Positions 1 to 10,374 of a DNA stretch of 64,000 bases are shown here, piece after piece. A program made the position numbers and the translations under genes. The DNA is taken from assembly GCA_963815195.1 (NCBI GenBank), contig CAWFGE010000021.1, forward strand, positions 160,001 through 224,000, in the 5' to 3' direction. The notes under the pieces were generated by a model. That model did no database searches. It was not told the origin of the DNA and saw nothing but the letters and a program-made list of their open reading frames with translations. Every line of letters starts with the position of its first letter. Positions within the stretch are counted from its first letter, which is position 1. The DNA comes from an uncultured Planctomycetaceae bacterium. GTDB taxonomy: Bacteria; Planctomycetota; Planctomycetia; Planctomycetales; Planctomycetaceae.

Positions 1-88
1 CTCCGCGATGACCGACCTGGATTCATTCGCCCCAGGGCGCTCGCCCCGGTTCAGCGGATTCTCCGGGCCGGTTCAGTGAATTGTCGGT

Positions 89-1300
89 TTACCACGGAAT
101 TACGTCAATCCAAGTTCCGGCGGGATAAGTGGTTTCGCCCGCGGGAAACACGGCCATCGCGCCCGCGTCCACCGTGGCCCGCAAATCCGCGGAACCCATC
201 CAGGGGATCAATTTGACCCTCGTCCCCTCTTCCGACCACGACAGTTGGGCGGGATGATACACCGGCCGGTCCCCGCGGTTGGCGAAATTCTCTTTCAGAA
301 CCGCTTTGACAGATTGGGGTTGCGGCGATTGATCGCCCAGCAGTTTTCGTAAGACCGGCCGAGCAAACAGCTCGAAACAGACCATGCTGCTCACCGGATT
401 GCCGGGCAGCCCGAAGACCAGGCAGGGGGAATCGCCGGCTTCGCGGACGCCGAACCACACTGGCTTTCCCGGCTTGACGTTGACTTTGTGAAAGATTTCC
501 TTCACGCCCGCGCTTGCCAGTTCGGAAGGCACCAAGTCCAGCGTGCCCGCCGAGACTCCGCCGGAGAGGATCAGCACATCGCATCCGAGCCCGGCTTGGA
601 TTTTCCCAGCGAGATGGGACCGCTCGTCTTTCGCGATGCCGAGTTTTTCCGCAACTCCTCCCGCCCGCGCGATTTGCGCCGCGAGCATGGTTTCGTTGGA
701 ATTGCGAATCTGCCCCGACCTCGGCGTTTCCGAGACGGGAACCAGTTCATCTCCCGTCGCCAACACCGCCACCCGCGGCCGCCGGCGGACCGCGATTTCC
801 GCCCGGCCCAGTTCCGCCAGGACGCCCAGTTCCTGCGGCCGAAGCTCGCGACCGGCTTTGAGGATGGTTTCCCCCTTCCGCATTGCCGCCCCTTTTCGCA
901 GGATGCTCTCGCCGGGCGAGATTTGAGAAATCGCAAACCGCACTTTTTTGCCTTCCGCATCCATCTCGGCATCTTCGATACGGACCACGGCATCGGCCCC
1001 GGCGGGAATCGGAGCCCCCGTCATAATCCTTGTCGTAGTCCAGGTTTGCAGCGATTGCGTCGGCACTTGGCCGGCGGTGATGACCTCCAAAATCCGAAAT
1101 TCCGCCCCGGCGGTGACATCGGCACTCCGCACCGCGAAGCCGTCCATCAAGGCCTTATCGAACGGCGGCGAGTCGATGTCGCTCAAAACATCCTCCGCCA
1201 GCACCAGCCCGAGCGTTTCATCGAGCGCCATCCGCACCGGCGAAAACGGCACCGCCCGCGCCAAACACAACTCCAACGCTTCGCTCACGCTAATCATCAA
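89..1300 (-). CDS. moeA: Molybdopterin molybdotransferase MoeA (gephyrin-like)
   Basis: Motifs PPFDKALMDGFAV, RIMTGAPIPAGADAVV, TGDEL, SGGVSAG, KPGKP, LPGNPVS. Confidence 0.95.
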   Translation of the reverse strand: MMISVSEALELCLARAVPFSPVRMALDETLGLVLAEDVLSDIDSPPFDKALMDGFAVRSADVTAGAEFRILEVITAGQVPTQSLQTWTTTRIMTGAPIPAGADAVVRIEDAEMDAEGKKVRFAISQISPGESILRKGAAMRKGETILKAGRELRPQELGVLAELGRAEIAVRRRPRVAVLATGDELVPVSETPRSGQIRNSNETMLAAQIARAGGVAEKLGIAKDERSHLAGKIQAGLGCDVLILSGGVSAGTLDLVPSELASAGVKEIFHKVNVKPGKPVWFGVREAGDSPCLVFGLPGNPVSSMVCFELFARPVLRKLLGDQSPQPQSVKAVLKENFANRGDRPVYHPAQLSWSEEGTRVKLIPWMGSADLRATVDAGAMAVFPAGETTYPAGTWIDVIPW

Positions 1301-2460
1301 TCGCCTCGTTGCTTCAAAATCTCTTGATACACCTCGCGGATGCGGCGGGTCATGGTTTGATGGCGGAACTGGTCGGTGAATCGCTCCCGGCCGGTTTGGC
1401 CCAGGCGTTGGCGAAGCCCGGCGTCGTCGGCGAGCTCGCGGAAGGCTTCGATCATCGCCTCGACATCGCGGGGCGGGAGGAGATAGCCCGTCTCGCCCGG
1501 AATCGCCACCTCGCGGGCCCCGTCCACATCATACGTGACGATCGGCTTTCCCGAAATGAGAGCCTGCGGCAACACGCGGGCCAGGCCTTCCCGCAGACTC
1601 GCATGGACCACAATATCCATCGCCCCCAAGAGCTCGGGAACCTCTCCGGGCGGCACCAGCCCCGTGAACACGAACCGTTCGCTTAACCCGGCCGCGGCAA
1701 TCTCTTTTTCATAAGCCTGCCGCAAAATCCCGTCGCCCACGAACAGGAACTTGATCCGCGGGTGCTCCGCACAGACGGTTCTGGCGGCGGCGATCACATC
1801 ATCATGTCCCTTCAGATGAAACAGCCGGGCGATCTTGCCGATGACGATGTCCTCGGCCTTAAATCCCAACTCTCGCCGGACCGTTTCGCGATCTTTGGGT
1901 GGATCGAGAAAGGACTCGACCTCCATGCCGCTGTAGATGGTGATGTATTGCTCCGGCCGGCCGACGCCAGCGGCGAGGTAATGGGCGGTCATGGCATCGG
2001 CGACGCTGATGAGCCGTTCGCACCGCCGGGCCGCCCAGCGCTCGGCCGCGATGTAAATCCGGTTCACGAAAGCGTTTTGGTACGGATGAAATGAGGCCCC
2101 GTGGATGGTGTGCACCGCGGGGATGCCGAGCTTCGCCGCCGCCGCCCGGCCGAGGATGCCCGCTTTGGAGCTGTGGGTATGCACGATGTCGGGTTTTATG
2201 TCTTTGAGCAGCCGGATCAAGCCGCGATAGCTGGCGCAATCTTTTAGCGGGGCGATGTTCCGCCGGAGTTCGGGCAGAACCCGCATGTCCAAGCCGCCGG
2301 CTCGGGCCCGGTCTTCCAAGCTGCCCTCCGGTCCCAAGCCCGGCCCGGTGATCAGCGTGACCTCGTCCTGATAGTCCCGCACCTCATCTTCCACCGTCAA
2401 GAGCGTATTCTCCTGGGCTCCGCCGATGATCAGTCTCGTAATGAAATGCACAACACGCAT
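1297..2460 (-). CDS. Glycosyltransferase family 4 (GT-B)
   Basis: GGAQEN N-terminus, PDIVHTHSSKAG, KGH, EGLARVLPQALISGKP; stop overlaps moeA start (ATGA). Confidence 0.9.
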   Translation of the reverse strand: MRVVHFITRLIIGGAQENTLLTVEDEVRDYQDEVTLITGPGLGPEGSLEDRARAGGLDMRVLPELRRNIAPLKDCASYRGLIRLLKDIKPDIVHTHSSKAGILGRAAAAKLGIPAVHTIHGASFHPYQNAFVNRIYIAAERWAARRCERLISVADAMTAHYLAAGVGRPEQYITIYSGMEVESFLDPPKDRETVRRELGFKAEDIVIGKIARLFHLKGHDDVIAAARTVCAEHPRIKFLFVGDGILRQAYEKEIAAAGLSERFVFTGLVPPGEVPELLGAMDIVVHASLREGLARVLPQALISGKPIVTYDVDGAREVAIPGETGYLLPPRDVEAMIEAFRELADDAGLRQRLGQTGRERFTDQFRHQTMTRRIREVYQEILKQRGD

Positions 2461-2657
2461 GGCGAGCGTGGGGCGTCAGCCCCATGATAACTCCATGTTA
2501 AAATGTCTCCCTGGCACAAAAATCGAATCGATTTCAACAGAATCTATTCGACGAAGATCAATCGATGGCGGCGAAGATCAGTCTCTATTCCACGACGATC
2601 GATCTCTATTCCACGAAATCATGGGGCTGACGCCCGGGCTGACGCCCCACGCTCGCC
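2461..2657. repeat. REPIN-like inverted repeat element, copy 1
   Basis: Left arm GGCGAGCGTGGGGCGTCAGCCCCATGAT (2461-2488); complementary right arm 2618-2657 with a tandem 12-bp duplication GGGCTGACGCCC; interior has short CTCTATTCCACGA repeats. Confidence 0.8.
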
Positions 2658-2772
2658 TTATCGTAATCTCTGACGTAGGAAAAATCTCTTAAACAAATTT
2701 CAAAAATCGGCGGGTCTTTAGGGTAGCGGGAGATTTGGGTGGCTCAATCACCGAACCGAAATAAAACCGAAA

Positions 2773-4023
2773 ATGGACGAAACCCCGTCGGGATTTTTTC
2801 AGAAATATCTGCCTGACAGCAAACCGAACGACCCCGAACGCGTGCCGCAGGTCGTGGAGGCGATTCTCACGGCCGCGCGGGATGCGGGCACGAGCGATGT
2901 CCATCTCCGGCCCACCGCCGACAAGCTGGAAATGGTCTGGCGATTGGATGGGGTTTTGCAGCCGGTGGCGGTGTTTCCGCGGGAGTTGGGGCCTCAGATC
3001 GTGGCCCGGCTGAAAGTGCTGGCGGAGCTTTTGACCTACCGCTGCGATATGCCGCAGGAAGGGCGGATCCGCTCCGCGAGCACAGTCTCCCCCCACACGA
3101 TCCCCGGCGAGCAAGATGTCGAAACCCGCCTGAGCACGTTTCCCACGCTGTTCGGCGAGAAAGCCGTGCTGCGGTTGTTCGTCGGCTCCGGCAAATACCG
3201 CCGGCTTGGGGAGCTGGGTCTCCATGAGGATGTGCTGCCCAAGCTTCGCGCGTTGTTGGAAGAGACCAGCGGCGTGATTTTGCTCACCGGACCGGCCGGC
3301 AGCGGAAAGACGACGACGATTTACGCCTCTCTGCGGGAGATCGACCAGCAATCGGGTGGCGGGCGGAGCCTGGTTTCGCTTGAAGATCCGATCGAAGTCG
3401 TCGTGCCGGGCGTCGATCAGTCGCAGGTGCATCCGTCGTCGGGATTTGACATGGCGATCGGTCTCAAATCGCTCTTACGGCAGGATCCGGATGTGCTGAT
3501 GGTCGGCGAAATCCGCGATGCGGAGACCGCGGAGACCGTGTTCCAGGCGTCGCTCACCGGGCATCTCGTGTTGACGACGTTCCACGCCGGCAGCAGCGCC
3601 CAAGCCGTCAGCCGGCTGGGCGACATGGGCATCGAACCTTATTTGCTGCACAGCGGGCTCTTGGCCATTGTCTGCCAGCGGCTCTTGCGGCGGTTGTGCG
3701 AATGTGCCCGCGAATCGCAAGAGCCCCGCGACCTGTTGGGCCTGCCTTTGGAGAGCGTGCGTGTTCCCGTGGGCTGCCCGAACTGCCGGGGCACGGGCTA
3801 CCGGGGCCGATTTGTGATCGCCGAGTTGCTGTTGCCTCAATTGGGCGAAATCGGCGAAGGGATTTTGGTGAACAGTAACGCCCGCAGGCTGGAGGAACTC
3901 GCCATTGAAGCCGGGATGGTCAGCCAATGGGACCGCGGACTGAAAGCCGCCCGAACCGGCCAAACCAGCCCGCACGAACTCCGCCGGGTCCTGGGCGTCG
4001 GGAAAGGCGAGCGGGGGGCGTAA
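2773..4023 (+). CDS. GspE/PulE/PilB-family secretion/pilus assembly ATPase (no N-terminal extension)
   Basis: TSDVHL, Walker A GPAGSGKTTT, LEDPIE, LRQDPDVLMVGEIRD, TGHLVLTTFH, CxC...CxxC zinc motif. Confidence 0.92.
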   Translation: MDETPSGFFQKYLPDSKPNDPERVPQVVEAILTAARDAGTSDVHLRPTADKLEMVWRLDGVLQPVAVFPRELGPQIVARLKVLAELLTYRCDMPQEGRIRSASTVSPHTIPGEQDVETRLSTFPTLFGEKAVLRLFVGSGKYRRLGELGLHEDVLPKLRALLEETSGVILLTGPAGSGKTTTIYASLREIDQQSGGGRSLVSLEDPIEVVVPGVDQSQVHPSSGFDMAIGLKSLLRQDPDVLMVGEIRDAETAETVFQASLTGHLVLTTFHAGSSAQAVSRLGDMGIEPYLLHSGLLAIVCQRLLRRLCECARESQEPRDLLGLPLESVRVPVGCPNCRGTGYRGRFVIAELLLPQLGEIGEGILVNSNARRLEELAIEAGMVSQWDRGLKAARTGQTSPHELRRVLGVGKGERGA

Positions 4024-4158
4024 GCCCCCTGGTGATGTGGAACCAAAAATTCGTCATGAAGAGAGACAAAAAATGTCTCGCCTGAAAAACGGAAACTGAT
4101 TCAAACAATCGGGAGTAACCAGGGGGCTGACGCCCGGGCTGACGCCCCCCGCTCGCCT
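4005..4158. repeat. REPIN-like inverted repeat element, copy 2
   Basis: Left arm AGGCGAGCGGGGGGCGTAAGCCCCCTGGT (contains the ATPase stop codon); right arm 4118-4158 with the same 12-bp duplication as copy 1. Confidence 0.8.
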
Positions 4159-4180
4159 TGATTTTAATTCAAGCAACATC

Positions 4181-5260
4181 ATGCCCACGAAGCCAAATCA
4201 TCAAACATCCAAAATCACGCTTGAGGAACTCGTGGCCCTCAATGACGAGATTGTTGCGCTCGTGCGGGCGGGGGTGCCTTTGGAGTTGGGGCTGGCGGAA
4301 TTGGGCGAGGACCGGGCGGGGACGCTGGGCCGGCTCAGTTCGCGGTTGGCGGCCCGTTTGAGCCGGGGCGAAACGCTGCCCGAAGCGATGGCCCAGGAAG
4401 ACGTGGGCTTGCCGTTTTCCTACCGGGTCGTCGTGGAAGCGGGCCTCAAGGCGGGCCGGCTGACGGTGGCGCTCGAAGGCGTTTCGGAGATGGCCGGGAA
4501 AATGGCCGATCTCCGCCGGCGAATCGGGCTGGCGATGGTCTACCCGCTGATCGTGCTGATGCTGGCTTATGGACTCTTTTTGCTGTTCTGCATGTATCTG
4601 GCGCCGAAGTTGAAAGACGTGTTCGACACCTTCGGCCTCGATGCGAGTTTCGTGCTGGATTGGCTGACCATGTGCGGCCGGACCGTCACCTGGTGGGGCT
4701 GGATCCTGCCCGTGACGGTGGCCGGGTTGATCTTGTGGTGGAAGAAGACCGGCGGTCGCAAGTTTCTGACCGGCGGCATCCCGGCAAACCTCGCTTTCTG
4801 GTGCCCGGGCGTCAGGCGGATTGCGAAGTTCTATCGCTACGCCCAGTTCGCCGACTTGTTGGCGTTGTTGATCGAACACGACGTGCCGTTCTCGGATGCG
4901 ATCGTGCTCGCAGCGGATACCACGAGCGACCGCGCCATGGAAGATGCGGCCCGCGCGATCGCCGAGCTCGGTGCGCGGGGACACATCCGCTCGGGCAGCT
5001 TGCCGGGCCACGGGGGCTTTCCGCCGTTTTTGCACTGGCTCATCACCCGCCGGGAAGAGCAGACGGGCATCGTCTCGGCCCTCCGCGCGGCGGCCGACAT
5101 GTACCGCCGCCGGGCCGTGCTCCGAGCCGAGTGGATTCAAGTCGTGTTTCCGGTGCTGGCCGCGGTCCTCATCGGCGGCGGCGCCACGCTAATTTACACC
5201 GTCACCGTGTTTTACCCCGTGACGGAGCTGTTACGAAAGCTCGCGGGGCCGGCGATCTGA
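4181..5260 (+). CDS. Type II secretion system F family (GspF/PilC-like) platform protein
   Basis: LVRAGVPLELGL, LSRGETLPEAM, AMVYP + TM, FADLLALLIEHDVP, C-terminal VFYPVTELL. Confidence 0.85.
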   Translation: MPTKPNHQTSKITLEELVALNDEIVALVRAGVPLELGLAELGEDRAGTLGRLSSRLAARLSRGETLPEAMAQEDVGLPFSYRVVVEAGLKAGRLTVALEGVSEMAGKMADLRRRIGLAMVYPLIVLMLAYGLFLLFCMYLAPKLKDVFDTFGLDASFVLDWLTMCGRTVTWWGWILPVTVAGLILWWKKTGGRKFLTGGIPANLAFWCPGVRRIAKFYRYAQFADLLALLIEHDVPFSDAIVLAADTTSDRAMEDAARAIAELGARGHIRSGSLPGHGGFPPFLHWLITRREEQTGIVSALRAAADMYRRRAVLRAEWIQVVFPVLAAVLIGGGATLIYTVTVFYPVTELLRKLAGPAI

Positions 5261-5321
5261 AGAAATCCGAATGACCGAAACGGAAAACGATCCTCACCCA
5301 AACTGACAACTGACAACTGCC

Positions 5322-6583
5322 ATGTCGGACTTTTTTTACGAAGGCGCGATGAAACCGGCCGATCCATTTCGGGCCGCATCCGGGCGATGGACGTGAAAGA
5401 CGCCATTCGCCAATTGGAGGCGAACCATTGGGAAGTGGTCTCGGTCCGCACGGTTCCGCGGGCGGCTTTGGAAGCCGACATCGATGCGGGCGACGAAGGC
5501 TCGGAGCAAAGTTCGAACGAAAAGGGCATGCCGCCGATGTCCCGGCAGGAGTCGCTGGAGCTTTTGGGGCACGTGGGCGAAGCGATGCAGTCCGGCTTGC
5601 CGCTGGTGCCGGGCCTGGCGGCTCTCGCGAAAGAACTGCCCGACGGCAAAGTCCGCCGGGGCCTGAAGGTGATGGTCGCGCAGCTCGAAGCGGGGCGGAG
5701 CCTGGAAGCGGTTTTGGAGAACCGGCACATCCCGCTCGATTTGCGCGGCCTGGTACGGGTGGGGGTCAGGAGCGGGCACACGGGCGAAGTCCTCAGCCAA
5801 TACGTCCGCCACACGCAGCACATGCACGACCTCCGCCGGCGGATGGCCTTGGCCTGGGGCTATCCGCTGGTGCTGATCCTGTCGTCGGCTGCGATCCTGT
5901 TCTTTTTCCTGTGGTATCTCGTTCCGCAGTTCGCCAAGATCTTCGAAGACTTCGGCACCGAATTGCCTGCGATGACCCAATCGCTGATCTGGATGTCGCG
6001 AGTGCTCCACGAGAATTGGGCCGTGATCGTCCTGGGGTTGTCTCTGTTGGCGTTCGTCCTGCGGTTTTTCTGGCGGCGCGTCCTGAGCGCGGCGGAGCGG
6101 CGGCGGTTTTTGTGGTGCGTGCCTCTGGCGGGGAACATGGTCCGCTCGGCGGCGATGGCGCGGTTCGCGCGGCTGTTGGCCTTGTTGATCGAAAACGATG
6201 TCCCGCTGCCCGAGGCCTTGCGGTTGGCCGGGCAAGGCAGCGCCGATGCCCAGTTGGGCGAAGCGGCGCTCGATTTGGCGGACGTGGTGGAATCGGGCCG
6301 GCCGCTCAGCCGGAAGGAGCCCGCGTGCCAGCAGTTTCCTTCGACCTTCGTGCAACTCTTGTCGCAGATGGAAGACCCTAAGCCGCGGGCGGCCGCGCTC
6401 CACACCCTGGCCGATGCCTGTTTCGCGAGCGCGCGAATGTTCGAAAGCCAGGCCCGCGTCGCCGCCGCCCGCATTACCGCGTTATGCCAGCCGTTGATCG
6501 TGATCTTCACCGGTTGCACCGTGGGCTACCTGGTGATCGCGCTGTTTATGCCGTTGGTTAAGTTGTTGAACGATCTGTCGTAA
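5322..6583 (+). CDS. GspF/PilC-like platform protein (apparent missing base near 5345; intact frame 5387-6583)
   Basis: Restoring one base gives the PilC-type N-terminus MSDFFYEGRDETGRSISGRIRA; SGLPLVPGL, LVPQFAKIFEDFGTELP, ALFMPLVKLL. Confidence 0.85.
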
Positions 6584-6699
6584 AGACAGCGGAGAGCCAA
6601 GAGCGGAGAGCCGGAACAAGACATTGAGGAATGGGTGCCAATCGTGCTACTTCTTGCGAATGGGAATGAGATGAAGAACTTCCTCCGGGAACCTTTGTT

Positions 6700-7770
6700 A
6701 TGAGTCCTTGGGAAAACTCGCCCCTTTTGAGCTTCGTGACAGCGGTGTTGGACGGCCGGCGCGTGATGCGGCAGAACTCGCTGCTGTGGGTGCTGGCGGT
6801 CTCCGCCGAGCAACAGCGCCCGCTGGGACCGATGCTTGCGGCGCTTGCGCGGGACGAGAGCAGCTACCATTGGAGCAACAAACTCGAAGCGCTCGTCCGG
6901 CGATTGAACGCGGGCGTGCCGCTGCCCGATGCGTTGCAGCAGGTGCCCGGCCTGTTGCCGCCGAACGTGGTGCTCGCCATCCGCGTCGGGGCGGAGACCG
7001 GCACGCTGGCGGAGACGCTCAAACAAGCCGCCAAGGAGTTCAGTGAAAAACAAGAGCAGGCGAACTTCACCTGGCAGGGCACGTTTTTGTATCTGGCGGC
7101 GGTGATGTTTGCGCTGTTTTCGGTCGCCGGCTTTGTGATGTATTACATCATTCCCAAATTCAAAAAGATCTTTGAAGACTTCGGCGTGGAACTGCCCGAA
7201 CTGACGATGTGGGTCGTCAGCGTCTCCGACGCCTTCGCCAAATACTATTGGCTGATCGTGCTCGCTTGCGGCGCGATCCTGGTCTGGCTGGCGTGGCGGT
7301 CCCGATATGGAGCGTCCGCGGGCCCGATGCGGCGGCTGTTGTTTTCGTCCGCGCGCGGCGAGGCCCCGGTCGTCCTGAGGATTCTGGCCGTGGTCGTCGA
7401 CGCCGGTCGGCCCGTCGCCGGGGCGCTGTCCACAATGGCCCGGCATCATGACAGCGCGAGTGTGCGGAACCGCCTGCTCTACGTCCGCAACGAAGTCGAG
7501 CGCGGCGGCGACGTGTGGTGCGAACTCGCCGAGGTCGGACTGCTCAGAACCTCCGAAGGCCGCATCCTCGACGCCGCCCAAAGAGCCGGCAACCTCCCCT
7601 GGGCTCTCCAGGAGGTGGCCACGAGCATCGAACGCGACATCGATTACCGCGTCATGCTGGTTTTGGAAATCCTCCGCCCCGTGTTCCTGTTGATGATGGC
7701 GGCCGTCGTCGGGATTTTCGTCATCGGCCTCTTCATGCCGCTTTTGAAACTGATCAACGACCTCTCCTGA
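6700..7770 (+). CDS. GspF/PilC-like platform protein
   Basis: AGVPLPDAL, VGAETGTL, IIPKFKKIFEDFGVELPELT, GLFMPLLKLINDLS. Confidence 0.87.
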   Translation: MSPWENSPLLSFVTAVLDGRRVMRQNSLLWVLAVSAEQQRPLGPMLAALARDESSYHWSNKLEALVRRLNAGVPLPDALQQVPGLLPPNVVLAIRVGAETGTLAETLKQAAKEFSEKQEQANFTWQGTFLYLAAVMFALFSVAGFVMYYIIPKFKKIFEDFGVELPELTMWVVSVSDAFAKYYWLIVLACGAILVWLAWRSRYGASAGPMRRLLFSSARGEAPVVLRILAVVVDAGRPVAGALSTMARHHDSASVRNRLLYVRNEVERGGDVWCELAEVGLLRTSEGRILDAAQRAGNLPWALQEVATSIERDIDYRVMLVLEILRPVFLLMMAAVVGIFVIGLFMPLLKLINDLS

Positions 7771-7784
7771 GCGATTTTTGAACG

Positions 7785-8231
7785 ATGATGAAACGATTGC
7801 GTGCGAATGCGATTCCAAGTTTCCCGCCTCCAGCCCCGGGCCGGTCGGGGTTGTTGATCGTGGAGATGATCGTCTCCCTAATTCTCCTGGGGGCGGTCGT
7901 GGCAATTGTGGTTCCCACGTTGGGTTGGATGAGCCGGCAGAATCGGCTGTCGGTTCAACGACAGGAAGCCGTCCAGGGCCTCCAGAATCTGATGGAGGAT
8001 CTGACGGCCCGGCCCTATGCGGAACTCACGCCGGCATCGGCCAAAAAAATCGAACTCCCGGCCGCGCTCCGCGAGCAACTGCCCGGCGCGGAATTGCAGG
8101 TGGAGATTACAAATGCCCCGCCGAACGCGAAGCGGATTCGACTCCGGCTGTCGTGGAATCAGCAAAACGGCTCGCGTTTGGCACCATTAAGGCTCTCGGC
8201 CTGGGCTTACGCGCGGGAGGGCGAACGATGA
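7785..8231 (+). CDS. Minor pseudopilin-like protein (GspI/PilV-like)
   Basis: Prepilin-like site RSG|LLIVEMIVSL then hydrophobic helix; stop overlaps next start. Confidence 0.7.
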   Translation: MMKRLRANAIPSFPPPAPGRSGLLIVEMIVSLILLGAVVAIVVPTLGWMSRQNRLSVQRQEAVQGLQNLMEDLTARPYAELTPASAKKIELPAALREQLPGAELQVEITNAPPNAKRIRLRLSWNQQNGSRLAPLRLSAWAYAREGER

Positions 8232-8806
8232 GGCGGATCCTTTCCCAACCATTGAAGAGACACCGCAACGGATCGTCGCTGGTCGAAGTCGTGATCGGCA
8301 TGTCCCTGGCGAGCATCGTGTTGTCGCTCGGCGTCGGCATGCTGCATTTGCTGATGCGGTCGGAATCGGCGCTGTCCGATTCGCTCAACCGCTTCCAAGC
8401 CGGGTCCCAGCTTTCGCGGCAGTTTCGCAGCGACATCCACGCCGCGCGCTCGGCGGCCATCGAAGCCCCGGCCAGAGACGATCCCCAATCCCAGCCCGTG
8501 TTGAAGTTGCAGCTAGGCCCCGATCGCGAGGTGCGCTACGCCGCGGCAGACCACGCCGTAGAGCGCACCGAGACCCAAGGTGACAAGGTGTTGCAAAGCG
8601 TGCGGTTTCGATTTTCCAAAGGCACCGTGATCGAGTTTTCGCAAGCTGACCAAACTCCGCCGCGGGTGGCGATCGTCGTCAAAAGTCCCAGCCTGAAAAC
8701 CGCCCGTCTCCGGACGAGCGAACCGGTCGGCCGATTGCGGGAACTGAAGATCGAAGCCCGCTTGGGCCGCGATCATCGTTTTGAATCGAAAACCCCACCC
8801 CAGTGA
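8228..8806 (+). CDS. Minor pseudopilin-like protein (GspJ/PilW-like)
   Basis: RNG|SSLVEVVIGMSL; QFRSDIHAA motif; ATG 8228 coupled to upstream stop. Confidence 0.72.
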   Translation: MRRILSQPLKRHRNGSSLVEVVIGMSLASIVLSLGVGMLHLLMRSESALSDSLNRFQAGSQLSRQFRSDIHAARSAAIEAPARDDPQSQPVLKLQLGPDREVRYAAADHAVERTETQGDKVLQSVRFRFSKGTVIEFSQADQTPPRVAIVVKSPSLKTARLRTSEPVGRLRELKIEARLGRDHRFESKTPPQ

Positions 8807-8817
8807 GTTCGCGGAAC

Positions 8818-9282
8818 ATGAAACGACTGATTCCCTCTAACGAAATCCGCCGATCCGGAGTGATCCTGGTGGTGGCGATGATTTGTTTGTTCCTGGCAAG
8901 CGCGCTGGTGGCGACGTTGCTCAAGATGACCGCGGCCCAGCGGCGGTTTGGGGAAATGGACGCCGCCGCACTCCAGGCGGACTGGCTGGCGGACTCGGCC
9001 CTCGACCGGGCCGCGGCTATGTTGGCTGAAAACTCAGATTACCCCGGCGAGACCTGGAGCGTTCCGGCGGAGGACTTGGACGGCAGGCATCCCGGCCGGG
9101 TGACAATCGAAGTCGTTCCCGTCAAAGCCGGCAGCCGGCACGAGCTGAAAGTCATCGCCCAATACCCCGCGGAAGGACGGCTGACCGCCCAGCGGACGAA
9201 GCGGATTTTCATTGCGGTTTCCTCTTCGGTCAATAGATCCGCGAACGAAGCTCCGGCCAAAGCGGAAAAGCCCGATCGTTGA
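8818..9282 (+). CDS. Minor pseudopilin-like protein (GspK/PilX-like)
   Basis: RRSG|VILVVAMICL lacking Glu5; QADWLADSALDRA. Confidence 0.68.
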   Translation: MKRLIPSNEIRRSGVILVVAMICLFLASALVATLLKMTAAQRRFGEMDAAALQADWLADSALDRAAAMLAENSDYPGETWSVPAEDLDGRHPGRVTIEVVPVKAGSRHELKVIAQYPAEGRLTAQRTKRIFIAVSSSVNRSANEAPAKAEKPDR

Positions 9283-9467
9283 ACCAACCCGGAAACCACA
9301 CATGGAAACAACAAAATCATGCGGCACAAAATCATGTGGGCAATCGGAGTCGGTTCCATGAGGCTTCAGATGATTCTGTGACGATGATTTTGGAATGGAT
9401 GTTTTGACAAATCCCCCGAATTAAGCCTTTGAGTACAACAGAAATCTCTCTGAGAAGGAGTCAACCC

Positions 9468-10334
9468 GTGCTTGCAACGACCGACACTCGGCCCGCCCCC
9501 CGGCGGGGTTTTACACTGATCGAATTGCTCGTGGTGATTGCGATCATCGCGATCTTGATCGCCCTCTTGTTGCCGGCGGTGCAACAGGCCCGCGAAGCCG
9601 CCCGCCGCACCCAGTGCAAGAACAATCTCGCCCAGGTGGGCCTCGCGCTTCTCAATTATTATTATTCGTATGAAACGCTGCCGCCGGGCACGGTCAATTC
9701 CGAAGGCCCGGTTCGCTGGGACGAGCAAGGCTACGACTTCAGTTGGACGGTGGCGATTTTGCCGTTCGTCGATCAATACCCGTTGTTTGAGCATTACAAT
9801 TTGAAGAAAGGCGTGTACGCTCCCGAGAACGCCGACGTCCGCAAGTCGCGGATCCCGGTTTACGAATGCCCGTCCTCGCCCAATACGGATGCCCAAACGC
9901 CCGGCGGAATGCCGGTCGCGCCATCGAGCTACGCCGGCTGTTATAACGACGCGGAGGCTCCGATCAACGTGGACCAAAGCGGGGTGTTGTTCTTAAACAG
10001 CAGCGTGCGGTTCGAGCAGATCCGCGATGGGAGCACGAACACCATTTTCGTCGGGGAAAAGCTCGATCAAAGGGTTTCCTTGGGCTGGGTCTCGGGCACG
10101 CACGAAACCCTGCGGAACACCGGTTCGTTCGAGTCGCCTTCCCGGAACTGGAACGCCCGCGAGGAGAATCCGCCCGCGGCCAATGAAGTCGGCGGGTTCG
10201 GCAGCTATCACGTCGGCGGGGCGCAATTCGCGTTGGGCGACGGCTCGGTCAGGTTTTTGAGCGTGAACATCGACCCAGAAGTCTTCAAACACCTCGGCAA
10301 CCGGGCCGACGGCGAATTGTTGGGAGACTTTTAA
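9468..10334 (+). CDS. DUF1559 prepilin-type N-terminal cleavage/H-X9-DG protein
   Basis: [70 protein letters not shown] before GTG 9468. Confidence 0.93.
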   Translation: MLATTDTRPAPRRGFTLIELLVVIAIIAILIALLLPAVQQAREAARRTQCKNNLAQVGLALLNYYYSYETLPPGTVNSEGPVRWDEQGYDFSWTVAILPFVDQYPLFEHYNLKKGVYAPENADVRKSRIPVYECPSSPNTDAQTPGGMPVAPSSYAGCYNDAEAPINVDQSGVLFLNSSVRFEQIRDGSTNTIFVGEKLDQRVSLGWVSGTHETLRNTGSFESPSRNWNAREENPPAANEVGGFGSYHVGGAQFALGDGSVRFLSVNIDPEVFKHLGNRADGELLGDF

Positions 10335-10374
10335 GCAGCCGGTGCGGCTGATGAATCGTTTCCAACACACACGT

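Noticed and set aside
7778..8227. N-terminal extension of the 342-aa ORF
   Set aside because: This region is occupied by the pseudopilin at 7785-8231; the prepilin motif places the real start at 8228.
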